Below, one piece after another: positions 38,998 through 53,525 of a DNA stretch of 64,000 nucleotides. The stretch lies in NCBI GenBank assembly GCA_013265495.1, contig MU058584.1, positions 7,592,407 to 7,656,406 of the forward strand, in the 5' to 3' direction. Source of the stretch: Vicugna vicugna. Its lineage: Eukaryota. The first letter of the stretch is position 1; every line of letters begins with the position of its first letter. The position numbers and the translations under genes are program-made. The notes below the pieces were generated by a model. That model saw nothing but the letters and a program-made list of their open reading frames with translations, was not told the origin of the DNA and did not search any database.

Positions 38998-40429
38998 CAG
39001 GTACCAACAGCAGCTACAGTGTAAGGTCCAAACACTATTAACATTTTTCTTCTGCCACCATCAAGGAAGATTTTACACCCATAGCCTTTGATTTTACTGT
39101 GAGGTAGATTGATATAATGTTAAGAATCGTGCCCTTAGCCTGGATTTACCAGAAATTCAGCTTTGTCATCACACCCCATCCCAAGTCCCTGTCAGCTGTG
39201 AGCAATACCACATCATTTTACCAGTAGCTAGGGAACCTTGCGAATGGATTCTGTTCGCAGCTCTGACACTGATGGTGGGGAGTCATTCCTTTTCCTCGTT
39301 GAAAATGACCGTTGGCGGTCCCCAGGCTGGAAGGAAGATCTCAAGAGGCCTAAAACATGTCTGCAGGGCACAGGATCAGAGCAGCCACAGGCCACTGGCT
39401 GCGCCCCGAGAACTCAACCAACTCACTTTTTTCCTGTATATTTGTTTGTTCAGGGAAGTCATTACCATATCTCTTTGTACTTTTGTGCTAAGGAGCTCTG
39501 AAAATTTCCAGGGAGTTTTCCAGATGAGCCTAAGTGTATAGCTAGTACTTCATTTTGGTTTTAAATCCAGAATGAAAGTAGATCTGAACTTGACACTTAC
39601 AAATAGTAGAAAGTTTATTTGTACAAGTTTATACTTTTAGTTTTCTTTCTTTTACCTTTTGCTTTTTGGAACCGTTCTGCTTAGTAATACTAACTTGTTA
39701 GAAGGTGTACTCACGTTTTCCCACTTTGGTGATTTGCATACTTTGTTACCCTGCCAAGTTTACTGATGTTCACCGACACTTGTTTTTCTAAATAGAAAAT
39801 AAAGTTTAATTGATTTCAAAGGAGAGTGGAGGGTAACCTCTGTTTGTGGAGCAGTTTGGTATGTTAAATTGTTCCTTTCAGTGTGCAAAAGACTATTCCA
39901 TTCTTGGGATTCTTTTGGAGTCTACCTTTAACTAAATTTCCTTCCTGACTTCTGATAGTATAGACAGTTTGCATTTGCTGCCCTTGGAAGATAAGGACAG
40001 GGGTGATGTTGTTCTTAAAAATTTTTACCCAAGCTATATTATCTAGCTCCATCTATGTTTCCACCAGTCTATTTCTAGACATTTGCATTGGCTTATATGG
40101 CCTTAGAAACCTCACCTCTGTCAGTCACTCTTGCCCTTGCCATGTCATTAGCATTAGACTGAGAAACAAATGGTGCCCTGGCCTGGTTATCTGCTCCATC
40201 AAAATACTGCAATTTGAAATAGTCTCTGTCATGCTATGCTTAGGGATAGCAAACACTCGGTGTTTAGTCATATTTCAGGGCAAAGTTTACCTGCATCTTT
40301 CCCCCAACTTTAGGGAGCTAAGGTACTTGCCTAGATTTCCCCAGGTAACCTCCTGGTCTCTAAATAGATAAGGGCAACCTGAGAGCCAGACTTCTTTTAT
40401 ACATCATTCCTGCTTCTTGTCCTGTCTGT

Positions 40430-40890
40430 TGGAGTTTGATGTCATTTATTGTTTCCTTCACTTCCTATCAGTTCAGTTCAATAAGCCTTTGTCAAGCCAG
40501 GTGCCAAGAGTACAGAAATTACCAGGTCCATGATTTATGTCTAAGAAGCTCACTCTCTGACAGAAACATAAAACAGAGGGTGATGAGAGGTGCGTTCAGG
40601 GTTCACTGGCCCACCAGGAGCACCCAGCAGCCTGTCGGATGGGTGGGGAAGGCGTCCTAATGGGTAACACCTGGCTGTTGAGGTCAGACCTGGTGGGACT
40701 GATGCCTAAATAGCAGGCAGGGGATCAAGTGGCCGAGGATAGTGTACTTCATCCTGTGCCATCAAGAAGCTATGGAAGGTCAGTTTAGTCTAGCAGCAGT
40801 GTGAAGGATAAATTTAATGGGAGCCAGGAGACTGGTCCAGTGCTTCCTGCAGTAGTCAAGGAGAGAGGTTGTGAGGGCTTGGACCAAGAA
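40430..40890 (-). mobile_element. L2 fragment (target of the adjacent young L1)
   Basis: gtcaagccaggtgccaagagtacagaaatt...; gcagtagtcaaggagagaggttgtgagggcttggacc. Confidence 0.55.
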
Positions 40891-40897
40891 GAGTTTT

Positions 40898-43073
40898 TGT
40901 TTAATTGTTTTTGGTTTTTTTTTTTTTAATTGAAGTACAGTCAGTTACATTGTGTCAATTTCTGGTGTACAGCACCGTGTCCCAGTCATGCATACACATA
41001 ACACATATTCATTTTCATATTTTTTCATTAACAGTTATCACATGAAATAGAATATAGTTCCCTGTGTTATACAGAAGAAATCTGTTTTTTTAAATCTATT
41101 TTTATATATAATGGCTAACATTTGCAAATCTCAAACTCCCAAATTTATTCCTTCTCAACCCCTTCCCCAGCAACCATAAGATTGTTCACTATGTCTGCAA
41201 GACTGTTTCTGTTTTGTAGATGAGTTCATTAGTGTCCTCTTTTTTTCTTTTTCTTAGATTCCACATATAAGTGATACCACATGGTGTCTTTCTTTCTCCT
41301 TCTGGCTTACTTCACTTAGAATGATGATCTCTAGGTCCATCCGTGTTGCTGCAAATGGCGTTATTTTATTCTTTTTTATGCTGAGTAATATTCCATTGTA
41401 TACATATACCACAACTTCTTCATCCAATCATCTGTTGATGGACATTTAGGTTGCTTCCATGTCTTGGCTATTGTATATATAGTGCTGCTATGAACATTGT
41501 ATGTATCTTTTCGAATCAGAGTTCCCTCCAGATATAGGCCCAGGAGTGGGATTGCCGAATCATATGGTAAGTCTATTTTTAGTCTTTTGAGGAATCTCCA
41601 TACTAGTTTCCATAATGGCTGCACCAAACTACATTCCCACCAGCAGTGTAGGAGGGTTCTCTTTTCTCCATACCCTCTCCAGCATTTATCATTCATGAAC
41701 TTTTGAATGATGGCCATTCTGACCAGTGTGAGGTGATACCTCATTGCAGTTTTAATTTGCATTTCTCTGATTATTAGCAATATTGAGCATTTTTTCATGT
41801 GCCTATTGATCATTTGTATTGCTTTCTTGGAGAATTGTTTGTTTAGGTCTTCTGCCCATTTTTCAATTGAGTTGTTTGGTTTTTTGTTATTAAGTTGTAT
41901 GAGCTGTTTATATATTCTGAAAATTAAGCCTTGATCAGTCACATCATTTGCAAATGTTTTCTCCGATTCTGTAGGTTGTCGTTTTGTTTTGCTTATGATT
42001 TATTTTGCTGTGGAAAAGCTTATAAGTTTAATTAGGTCCCATTTGTTCATTTTTGCTCAATTTCTGTTGTCTGGGTAGGCTGCCCTAGGGAACATCGCTA
42101 AAAGATTTATGTCAGAGAATGTTTTGCGTATGTTTTCTTCTAGGAGGTTTATTGTGTCTTGTCTTATATTTAAGTCTTTAAGCTATTTTGAGTTTATTTT
42201 TGTGTATGGTGTGAGGGAGTGTTCTAACTTCACTGATTTACATGCTGCTATCCAGTTTTCCCAACACCACTTGCTGAAGAGACTGTCTTTTCACTTTTGT
42301 ATATTCTTGTGTCCTTTGTCAAAGATTAATTGACCCTAGGTGTGTGGGTTTATTTCTGGGCTCTCTATTCTGTTCCATTGAGCCATATGTCTGTTTTTAT
42401 GCCAATACCATGCTGTTTTGAATACTGTGACTCTGTAGTATTGTCTGAAGTCTGGGAGGGTTATTCCTCCAGCTTCGTTGTTTTTCTTCAATATTGCATG
42501 GACAATTCTGGGGCTTTTGTGATTATATATAAAGTTTAGGATTGTTTGTTCTAGTTCTGTGAAAAATGTCCTAGGTAATTTGATAGGGATCGGATTAAAT
42601 CTGTAGAATGCTTTGGGTAGTATAGCCATTTTAATAATATTAATTCTTCCAATACCAAGAGCATGGAATATCTTTCCATTTCTTTAAGTCATCCTTAATT
42701 TCCTTAATCAATGTTTTGTAGTTCTCCATGTGTAAGTCTTTCACCTCCTTGGTCAGATTTATTTGTAAGTATTTTATTGTTTTGGATGCAATTTTAAAAG
42801 GAATTATTTCTTTTCCTGCTATTTCATTGTTTGTGTAAAGAAATACAACTAATTTCTGTATGTTAATCTTGTATCCTGCTACCTTGCCAAATTTTTTAAT
42901 CAGCTCTAGTAGTTTTTGTGTGGAGCTTTTAGGGTTTTCCATACATACAGTATCATGTCATCCACATAGAGTAACAACTATACTCTTCTTTTCCGATTTT
43001 GATCCCTCTTATTTCTTTTTCTTGCCTGATTGCTGTGGCTAGGACTTCCAAGACTATATTGAATAGAAGTGGT
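40898..43073 (-). mobile_element. Young 5'-truncated L1 (~2.2 kb) with 10-bp TSD at a canonical TT/AAAA site
   Basis: ORFs 42640-42942, 42336-42629, 41376-41942 are L1 ORF2 pieces ([52 protein letters not shown]). TSD gaagagtttt at 40888-40897 and 43074-43083, followed by aa. Confidence 0.95.
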
Positions 43074-46000
43074 GAAGAGTTTTAAGGAGTGGATGATGAT
43101 GTAAATGAAAAATATGCCCCTTTCCAATCTTTGGGGTTAGATTTATTCTGGGAATTTAGTATGTCCTCAGAATCAGATATAGGTTGACCTGTTTCCTTGT
43201 GTGATAATTTGAGGGTTAACAGCCTCTTCTCAAGGGAAGCACCATTATATCCCCATACTGGCCCAACTTCTGTTTGTTTCTTCCTGCCTCCCAGACTGGT
43301 CCCCTGCCCAGCATCCAGTGGGCTGCTTTGCATCATGACTGTTAAGATTTATGCTGAACACTCTTAGGAGCTTTCTCCTAATTACAGTCTCTGACAAACA
43401 TTGAGGCCTCATTATGAACTTTACCATCTATATGACACAAAACAAAAAATAAATGAGAATAAATAGTATTAACCACTTCTCATTGATTTTAGGGGAGGTA
43501 GGGTTTCCCCTCACTAAATCAATGCATTGAAACATTTCTCTAGTTAAAAAAAAAAAAAAAGCTAACATGTTGTAGAAGGTGCAATCTATCACAGTCTTGT
43601 TCTGTGCTTTATTTGTTGCCTCTCAGTAATCTGTAAAGCTTTTTTTTTTTTCCATGATATGAGTTCCTTTGTTCTTTTCCTTTTCTATTTCTTCTTCTTT
43701 TTTCCCGCCTTGCCTCTTTTGGGCTCCTGAGAGAGTGGTTTAAAATGGGAAATTTTTTAAGAGACCTGCAAAATGTATTTTCTCCATTGAGTTGGGGAAA
43801 AAAAAAAACAAAACTCCATGGCAATAAACTTGGTTTAATGTGGTCAGTTTTATCACAGATCAGGCCTGCCGAAGGCAAGGGAGACCAGCCAGTAATTTGG
43901 GAAGCCTTTGAAGCCACATGCACATGTATACATTAGCCTCCGAAACTAACCATAATTTTAATTAACATAAAATAATCTAAGGACATGCTGATTAGACACC
44001 GTGTGGCTTGAACAAAGCATTCTGGGCAGGGGGTTGGGAAATAGAGAGCTTTGACCATTCCTATTCCCAACAAACAGGGCTTTCTTTAATCATTTAGAAG
44101 CACATTTTATTTTGCTCAATCCTTTTTTTTTAACTCGCTCAATGTTCTTAGAGACCAAAAACAACAAAATTCCAAAAGCTTTTGCTAATTAAAAAGAGAG
44201 GAACTGAAACTGTTGTAGATTATGTCAGTTAAACCCCACATCAGGGGGAAAAAAGTGGAACTCCAGATCTCTTTTAAAACATATGATTTACACCATATTC
44301 CAGTAAATTGAAGCAGGCCGAGAACTTTTCATTCATTTCTCTTGTGTGTCATGTGGGCCACACTTCGAGCTGTTGGTCCTCCTAGGGACAAAAGCAGGAA
44401 GAATTAACTCAAGCCAGTGTTGCTTTTTATGATATGTGGTTTTGAGTTTCAGAGGAGTGGAGTGCAGTGTGAATCATGGAAGCAACCGACTGAAAAATCC
44501 TCAACCCTATAACAAAAAGCAGATTTTTTTCCACATCTCTTCCAAGTTTTTATTTCACATGCAAGTCTGAAATACAAAATATTCTGTAAAACTGTGAGGA
44601 AGCCACAGTAGTTCTTGCTGTTTCGGGGTTTCCCAGAGAGAATCGTGTTCAGAATGTTCCTTTTTTTGCCAAAAGTTTTATTATGTGGACTGAACGGCCC
44701 AACAAAACAGACAACACCATCTCCATTTTAGTATACGTGTTATTTACTGGGGTTTCCCTGTAGAAAGCTGGAGAATTCTTTCCCCATGAATCACTGACCA
44801 AGCGATTGTTTTTTTTTAAATATAAACTTTCTTTCAGCTGGTCAATTTGGAACACAGTTTTCCCATCTTCTGTTCACTTCAGGGCCGCTTCGCCTTCATG
44901 TGTAAATGATCACGTCTGTAGCCAAATCGAGTGGCTTGAATATAGCCAATTTTTTTTCCATTTAACACTCAGGTTTAAAAAATCAACAGCAAAATTCAGA
45001 GGACTCTATCCTCTGAATATGACCTACATAATTATATTTTCATTGCTTTGGCAAAATGCCTCTCCTTGGTTTAATTTCTGCTGGAATTAATGGGATGGGG
45101 AATTGCACCCCTTATCACCAAAAATGGGTGGTGGTCACTACGCCCAGGTCATGTTCCCGTTTTACCTTTGTGAGTGGCTTAGATGAGGTTGCCTTCTACT
45201 CTCGTCTTTTTACTGAATAAGATACTGTAATGATTGACCTTGCTAGTAGCTGAACTTTCTAATTAAATATTGACATCTTAACAAATGTGTCAATATGAAT
45301 GTTAATCCAAGCTAACCTTCTCTCTGTAAAAGTAGCCCTATAATTGCAATCATCCATTCTAAAGGAACAATGTTATTTTAGAGAATATTTCTGAACCCCT
45401 TCCCACCCACTTTCCCAGTGGCTATAAGAAGCCTGCTGATGCCAGCTGAGTGGTCTAGAGGGCCTGCTAATTACCTCCTTCCACAGCTTTTGATTTTGAG
45501 CCCAACTGATGGCGCCAGAGGCTGAACCACAGTCAGATCTACAGGCCCCTGATTTGCCAAGTGGAATCTATGCAGTTTGCTTCCTTTCTCACAGTGTTTT
45601 TATGATGGACTCAGCTCAAACTGGAACTCGACTAGGAATTCCTTCAAAATATTAATGGATGATGGTTTAAATTTTAAGAAAAATAGCTCTCAGCTTTCGA
45701 ATTCCACTGCCTTTGTATGTATATATGTCTTTGTGTGCGTGTTCACAAAAGAATATGTGAAAACATATCACAAAATGTATTTTTCTGAAAACACTGGCAT
45801 TCTTTTAATTATTTTCCACTAAATACACTAATACCAAAGACTTTCAGAATACTTCACATTTTATAGCCTTAAAGGTTTTTTTTTCCCATTGTCTATAGTT
45901 GACTAATGTGTTAAGAGTCTCATGTCCAAATCAGATGTGCCTAGAATTTTTCCTAAACTGATATCCTTTTCAAATATATCTTAGAAAATTAGAAAAAAAT

Positions 46001-46544
46001 TATTATGTGTATAGAATAAGGAATAAGAACTCATTTCCAGAAGACTGAGAGACGTTAGCCTGAGAACTGACAGTTCTCTCTTCATTTCATAGAAAAAGAT
46101 TACACACAGAGCATTAATTTCCTCACATTTAAAAATGTTTCTCAAAGTACTTTTTCACTGTATATTGCTTTCTTATTTGCGGTTCCTTTGGAAAGGGAAA
46201 TTGATTATGCTAAAGGAAATAATGTTAGAAGAGGAAACAGTCCTGAGACAACTGCAAGTTAAAGGTTTCCTAAGTGAATGAATTGCTTTTCTCCCTGATA
46301 ATTTGGCTGCAAAGGCATTTGGAGTACGACGGCAAGAAGTCAGGCGTTTCAAACTCTGTGGGACCAAGTGAATGGAAAGTGAGTTCTCAGTTTAAGAAAC
46401 TGGGAAGTTGGAAAATTATGCATAATTTTAAAGAGCAGATAATCTAAACCACGCACGCACACGCACGCCCCCCTCCCTTAACCGCTAGAATAAGTCTTCC
46501 TCATCACATTTCCCCAAACTTTAAAGTATCGCTGCGCCCACTTG

Positions 46545-47205
46545 GTTCACTTACTCATCCCACAGACGGTTAGTTAGCGCCTTCCATGTGTCCGGCACTG
46601 TGCTTAGTGCTGGGTCTGAAGCATGGAAGAAGCCCTGTCCTCAAAGATCTCCCATCCTAGTAGGGGAGGTCGATAAGAAAGTCATTTATCATCACCCTGT
46701 ATGATCATTGCTCTAATATTTATGTTAGAGAGCATAGATGAGAAGAGCCTAATTATGTTTTCCTGACAAGCAAGGATGTGGATCAGAAAACGCTTGGAAA
46801 AGGAAGTGACTGTTGTGATGAGTTTTGAAGGGAACAAGTAAGAATCTGGGAGAAAAGCAGGTAGAGCCCAGATAGAGGAACAGTATAAGTAAAAATTCAG
46901 AGAAATGAGAGTGTGCTTCAGGGGAAACGGAAGGGAGATGGCTCTAACTGCTTAAAGGCTGAATGAAGATGAGCAGAGGAGGCTGAGAGGCAGGGAAGGG
47001 AGACAGAGGACAAATCTTGCTGGGCTTTGTACGCTGTGGGCAGGTGTTTGGACTTCATCCTGAGAGCGCTATTGAGTCATTCGAGAAAGTTAAACATGGG
47101 ATGTTTTTTACTAAGGATGTTGTACTAGGAGTGAGCAAATCTGTTAAGATGTAGAACTAGAGACTGAGAAACTGTTGCAATAGAAAATGAATGTTGAAAT
47201 GGGGA
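46545..47205 (-). mobile_element. L2 LINE 3' fragment
   Basis: gcgccttccatgtgtccggcactgtgcttagtgctggg...ccctgtcctcaaagatctcccatcctagtagggg; tttggacttcatcctgagagc. Confidence 0.75.
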
Positions 47206-47319
47206 CAGATAGGCCTCTATTTTAAACAGAATGACAGACCAGATGTCCTGATGGACACCCCAAAGCAGTTATAGTTAAATGATGAATGTAATACATAAAA
47301 TTTGTTTTTAAATGGATTG

Positions 47320-49190
47320 AAGGGAAAGAACTCACAAGGGCCTGAAAATAAAGTGAAAGCAAGAAACCTGGGAGGTGAGCAAATGTTAGAACTGGTTTTC
47401 ATTCTGAGGATTTCACCCAGACTCTGGAGATCCTGAGCCTCCACTGCGGTGGCCAAAAAGGCCTGGGAATCAGGCATAAAACCTAGAACATTACCATTTC
47501 TGAGGAGCCTATCAGGGGACTGTCATGGCTGGTATTACAAACAACTGCAACCTCAGTATAAGGGAGTTCTAGAAATTAAACCCAGTGTCCAGAAGGATGA
47601 AGCGAGGAAATGATCCTTTATTGACCTTGGCTCTCCATGGAAGGACGGTGGTGGTGGTGGAGATCTGCCTTTAGACCATATAGCCACAAATATGCCCTCA
47701 TTTGAGCTTAAGATCTGAATTGACACTACATGTGTGTTACAAAAAGCCTCAAGTACAGAATTTAATTTTCCTGGGTTATTAGTACCCCAGCGAAACAGAA
47801 GCAAACATAAATCATCTCTGCAAAAATGCAAGTTTAACCCAGCTCTTCAATAACTCCCTCAGATAAAGTTCCAAGGAAAACGAACAGTTCACAAGGAACA
47901 AAGAAAGGAATGACAGATGACAAAGGAAATGAACCACCACTGAGAACCAAGAGAAGCGACAGGCAGGGAATTCAGACCATAAAGAAAGATTTTGGAGTAA
48001 TTAGGCACAGAGATAAGTTAAAATACTTAGTATGTTTAAGAAATTGAAGAGAAGCTTTTAAGTATGAGCAAAAAAGATCAAGCAGGTTGGTAGGGGTGGG
48101 GGAAGCAATTTCCAGAAGTGAACTTAAAATCATTGACATGAAAAATTCAATTAAAAGATTCAAAGAAGCGAAGTAGACATAGCTGAATAAAGAATTAGTG
48201 AACTGGAGAGTCTGTAATGATATGAATACACCGAGCAAAATAGAGCTCAGATCAGAATAAATCCACAAAGAAAAAAATTGAGATCATAGATTAAGTAGGT
48301 CTAACATATATCTAATCAGAGTTCTAGAAAGACACAGAGACTGGAGAAAAGGCAATATTCAAAGAAAGAATGGCAGAATGTTTATAATAACACTGTTTAT
48401 ACTAATGAAAATCTGGCAGCAATCTAAATGACCATTAATAGAAGGGACAATGAATAAATTGTAGTATATTTTCACAGTGGAGTATTACACAGCATCCCAG
48501 ACAAGTGAACTACACTACATTCAACACTATGCATGAATTAGCAATGTAAGCGGAAAAAGATTATATATAGTATGTTCCTTTTATGAAATTAGAATAACTG
48601 ATAAAAACAACTCTTTAAAACTACATATAAATGCAATAAAAGTAATAAAAGGAAAGTAAGGGAATGATGATTGCTTTCACTCCTGGTTAACATGGGTGTC
48701 AGAGACAGGGGATGAGTTGGTGGAAGGTACCCTATGAGTAGATGCAGTTATTTTAAAAGTACTAGCTTTTTGTTTTCGGTAATGAATTCACAGGTGCTTA
48801 TTATAAAAGTAACTAATTTAAAATATAAGTAAATAATTTAAAGAATTGCTTCATAGGAAAGGGTGCCATGAACCAAGAATTATGGTCAATCCAATTCTAC
48901 ACACTAGAAGTATATTGAGGGAGGTGGGAGGAGAGAGAAAAAAAGAGAGATGAGAAAGAGAGATAAAAACATAATTTCCTAAAATTGTTGAAAGTCCACC
49001 AATCCTCAGATTCAGGAAGCACAGCAAGTTCTAAAAAGAAATAATAGTAATAATAAATACATGCCTAGTCACATCATAATGAAACTACAAGACAGAGAGA
49101 TCTTTAAAGGAGCCAGAAGAATAGATCACTTATAAAGAAAGTAGAATTAAGTTGACTGTTAACCAGTAAATATCAATGGCTAGATAAATG
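47320..49190 (+). mobile_element. Ancient L1 5'/ORF1-like fragments with an embedded L1ME-like 3' piece (~48380-48840)
   Basis: gtagacatagctgaataaagaattagtgaactggag; ggtctaacatatatctaatcagagttctagaa; aatcctcagattcaggaagcacagcaag; aataaattgtagtatattttcacagtggagtattacacagca. Confidence 0.6.
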
Positions 49191-49399
49191 GTAGAGCCAG
49201 GACTCAAGTCCATATTCTACCAAAATTTATCACACATCCATGGATAGAATATTTTGTTCACAATAACGAATGCAAACTAGAAAAAAAAAAGCAGAATCAA
49301 GGAAACCCAAAATTTGAAAAGCTGGAAAATGCTTAGTGATAATCTGTTTAAAATATGGAAATCTCAGTAAAATTTATGTAAGTACCAGAGAGAAGAGGG

Positions 49400-49620
49400 A
49401 AGTAACACCTGTTTAATGCCTAGGTTTGTGTCAGGCATTGTGCTGGTGTTTTGAATCTCATTCAGCTCTTGCAGCAAATATTTATGGGTTGCAGTTCTTA
49501 TTTCCATTTTCTGGTGGAAGAGACCACAGCTTGGAGAGATTAAATAATTTACCCAATTTCACAGAGCTGGCAAATGGCAAATGCAAATTCTGGAGAGGTG
49601 CTGTGAGCCCTGCCCAGCCT
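49400..49620 (-). mobile_element. MIR SINE
   Basis: tgtgtcaggcattgtgct...ccattttctggtggaagagaccacagcttggagagattaaataatttacccaatttcacagagctggcaaatggca. Confidence 0.7.
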
Positions 49621-49884
49621 CCCCATCTTCTCAGAAACATTTTCAGCAAATGAACAGTGTAATTTATATTAGCTAAGGAGTCACCAAACAGAATGCTTTC
49701 TGGGTAACCTACCAATACCTCACTCCCTGTATCGAGGGTTCCTGACCCCAGAGACGTGCCTGGGAAGATCAGTTCTCCCTTTGCACTCCTCTAGACACCT
49801 TTCCCACGTGGATAGCGTCCCGGTTCCGCCACCACACGTTTGGTCGTCCATTTAAAGGATACTGACTATTTCCTAATGGTGCAA

Positions 49885-50087
49885 GAGTTTTGAATCCTGG
49901 TTCTTACGTTTCAACAAATTATTGAATCCATGAGAGCCTCAATTTCCACATTTGCAAAGTGGGGAATAACACACACCCCTCAAGGATTACTGTAATGATT
50001 AAATGAGAAAATAAAATCGATAGAGCCCTCAATTCAGCCCCTGGCACTTAGAAGTGCTCAGAGAGTGACTGCTACCACTATTATTAG
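49885..50087 (+). mobile_element. MIR SINE
   Basis: gagcctcaatttccacatttgcaaagtggggaataac...gattaaatgagaa...cctggcacttagaagtgctca. Confidence 0.75.
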
Positions 50088-53000
50088 GTCCTGTGCAGGT
50101 GCAGAGACAGCTCTCAGAGTTGGTGGTGCTCATTGTCCCTTCCTAGTTTGCCTCAGCATAAGTAACCCATCTTTATTTAGTCTATTGCTTACGGTCTGAT
50201 GTAGTCTTGACCTAGTTGTCATAATTTTAGATCATTTTAATAAGAAAATAATTATAAAATACTCTGTTCTGAATTTCACATTGTATGGATACAGTGATAT
50301 ATTACCAAATTTCCATTTTCTAAATTAAGATTTTTTTTTAAAATCCCAAAGTTTCCTCTCCTAAGTTGAATTCACTAGAGTGAAATAAATGAGGACAGTG
50401 TTCACTAAGCTTCTAAACAATGTACATGTTATTTAGGTTAGTTTGGCCAAAGAGTATTTTTGCCTTCAGGATTTATTTTTCTGAATTAAGTTGTTATGCA
50501 CCATCATGTTAATGATGCAGTGATTTATGGAGAGGATTGCTCCCAATATACTATTGGGAGTTAGAAACAGAAAAGCACCAAATTCACATGTATGTAGACA
50601 ACTTGTCTTGAGGCCAGAAGAAGGAGAAGAGGCAGGAAAAAAAACATTAAAATGAATCAGTAAATATGTACCTTGTGTGATGTGTGTCCGTGATACATAC
50701 AAAATGTCAATTGGTGTAAATTTCTGAAAATAAAAATGCCTATTGTTTTCTCAAATTGTGCAAATTTGATAAACCTAATAGGCAGATAGTTTAATGCTTT
50801 TAACTCTCAACTAATCATTCTATCATTTTTTTTCAAACAAAGAAGATAATAAATCAGTGCTATTATAGAATGTCTTTCTTCTGGTTGGTTAGTGGCAGTC
50901 GACTTGGCATTTCTGTTCTTCTTTACAACTTTTTGGTATGGTAATAACATCGTGAACTTGCTTACATTCTTCATACCTTTCCATTGAATCTCGTTAGTGT
51001 ATTTTTTTGTGGGTAAACTATGCTTATGGGTAAACTCCTGCTAATGACTTAATATGCTCATGAATCCAGAGAAATGGAATTTTTTCCTTTGCAAAACTAC
51101 ATTCTTTACCACTTTGTTATTTATGTAGCATTCAGACTTTTAGAAGATTGCTTAACTGTCATGGTGTAACTAGAGAGGAAGAAAAGAAGTACTTAGCTTT
51201 GGAGGAAAATTAACGTAAAAACAGTTCTCCAATACAGTAAATATCTAGATTATCTATTAGACTGTCATGAACCAGGGTATGCTAGAGGACCAACAGGAGA
51301 AGGAAAAGGCTTGGGTTCTTACTCTTGTTACACTTACTTTGTAAAAAGAACTTTGCTCTCTTTTACACAAGATGCAATTCATAAGATCTTTTTAAATCAG
51401 CAGGGAACTCATCTATCTGCACAGCCATGGAACCTGACGGCTGTTAACAGCATAACAGAACACTGTTGAACAGTTCAGGATGCAGGGATAAGAAATACCA
51501 TTCTCTCATTCCCAACTGAAACAACATCAGAAAATGTAGGCAGGCTAAATAGAATTACCCAAAATGGAGCCTGTCTGAAATTCCAAGTCTCCTGGAGACA
51601 AAAGTACTATTCACCTCTTCTTCCTTCTTACGGCTGAAATTCATTTGCATCCGCTGACATCCTTTAAATTATTACCCTCCTGGGAAAGTCTGAACCCCCT
51701 GTAGAACACTTATAAACATTCAGTTGTTTCTGATCAGACCTATATTGTTTGTAGTTCCCCTGACTCATATTTTAGTATCTTAGCAAAGAAAAATCCCTGC
51801 CAGAAATACAGCAAATGTTTACCATCTAGATTCTCTTGGTTTTTGGGACTTCCTGCAGCAATTTAAAAATTTTAGATATCTACTTTATGCTTCAAAGGTC
51901 ATAATTCCAGAAGTCTGGCTTTTATCTGACCCTTGAGAATGATAAATCTAATAGAATTTCTTGTGCCCAGAGAAAATGCAGAAAGGGGACTAGCAGGTTC
52001 CAAAACTCCAGGTACAGGGTAACAACAAATGGCTTTCTCCAAATAGCTGTTAAAATTTTACTATAATAAATGCTAGGATTTTTTAAATAAAATTGTTTGG
52101 TAATGAGAATTTAGCACTTTCAAAGCAGCCACATGGACTGTTACCCAGGACTCCCTTAAAAATTGCTTTGCTGAGGCTGTTCGACATCTGTCAGCATTTT
52201 CAGCATGAACCATCGGCTGAAAAAAATTCTTCAGGCTGAAACTTGATATATCAGGTCTCAGCTCAGGAGTTTTTAATGTGTATTCAGGAAAATAAGTTCA
52301 GCTGTTTTGAAGTTAGAGCTATAGGAAAAAAATCTAGTGTACCGTTTCAAGACACACTTTCAGTTTATACACAGGTAGAAGGAAAACAGAATTCTTTCCA
52401 ACGAAGATGAATGGGGAACAGCTAAACAATTTGATCGTCGTGAATTTTTCTTCACACTGTGTTGCTGAAACAGGATGTCTTTATTGGAGCTGTGGTGACC
52501 GCATTCTTAGTTGGATGGTACATGGAACTCTGCCCAGCATTAATTCCAGAGGTCAGAATGTGCCCACCTCTTGGCAGCTGAGGATGAATGGCTTAAGTGA
52601 CAAATTCCAATCCTTCAGCTTCCCAGATCATTGTACGGCCAGAGACTAATACAATAAACAGCAGTTTGCCAAAAGAGAGCGTGATCCGCTGGCGGATTGT
52701 GGTTTTGCACAGCTTCGACATACATTATCTTGACATCTAAAATTACTTCTCAGAGTACAGCTGTGTGTGTGATACTGGACTTCATTCCCCTGAATGAGCC
52801 CATGCAGTCCACTTACAACAGGAATGCACTTTTGAACCAAAAACTGTCACTACAAATCTCACCATGAGTGCAAAAATTCATGAAGAATTCCAGTTTATTG
52901 GTTTGCAAGGATTTGCCTATGAAGGTAAAGGGATTGTGTCTTAAAATTGTTACTGCGTACAAGACGGAAAAACCATTTCAATGAATGAACTCCTGACATT

Positions 53001-53369
53001 GATATTTTTTAGTTGACTATTTGTAATGTGAACATTTTTTTTCTTCTTCTATGAATGTTAATGGGAAATAGAGAAGGAATGGGCAGCCCTTCAGCATACC
53101 AGTCCTCTGCACTGGAGCCTCTGTTGCAGAACTTTTTTGAACATAAGTTTCCTTAAATCACTACAGCATAACCATCAGGGGAGACAAAAAAAACCTCCAA
53201 AACATAAACAATTAAAATTGTACTTAAACTGAACCACTGTTTTAGGCATATATATAGCGCCCTGCCCCAGTCATAGTCTTCTATTCCAATAGGATTTTCT
53301 TCCCAGTGGAGATGGGGAAATGCCCTAGCTTTTCTGATTGATTTGTGCTCATTGAACACTGAACTCGAA

Positions 53370-53525
53370 GCTTCAAAAGCTGAATTTCAGTTCTAGCGCC
53401 TCAACTTGTATCCTATGGCCTTGGAAAAATTATACAGCTTTTCGACTGTTAGTTCTGAAAAAGGAGATAAGTCTACCTATTTTACAAGTTTGGTCCAAAA
53501 CTCAAAACAAATTATACAAGTAAAA
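53370..53525 (+). mobile_element. MIR fragment (diverged)
   Basis: ctgaatttcagttctagc...ctatggccttggaaaaattat...ctgaaaaaggagataagtctacctattttacaag. Confidence 0.5.

Noticed and set aside
51175..51213. EEEKKYLALEEN, resembling the dynamin PH segment EKEKKYMLPLDN
   Set aside because: Short purine-rich similarity, immediate stop, no in-frame acceptor, and wrong order relative to the PH exon.
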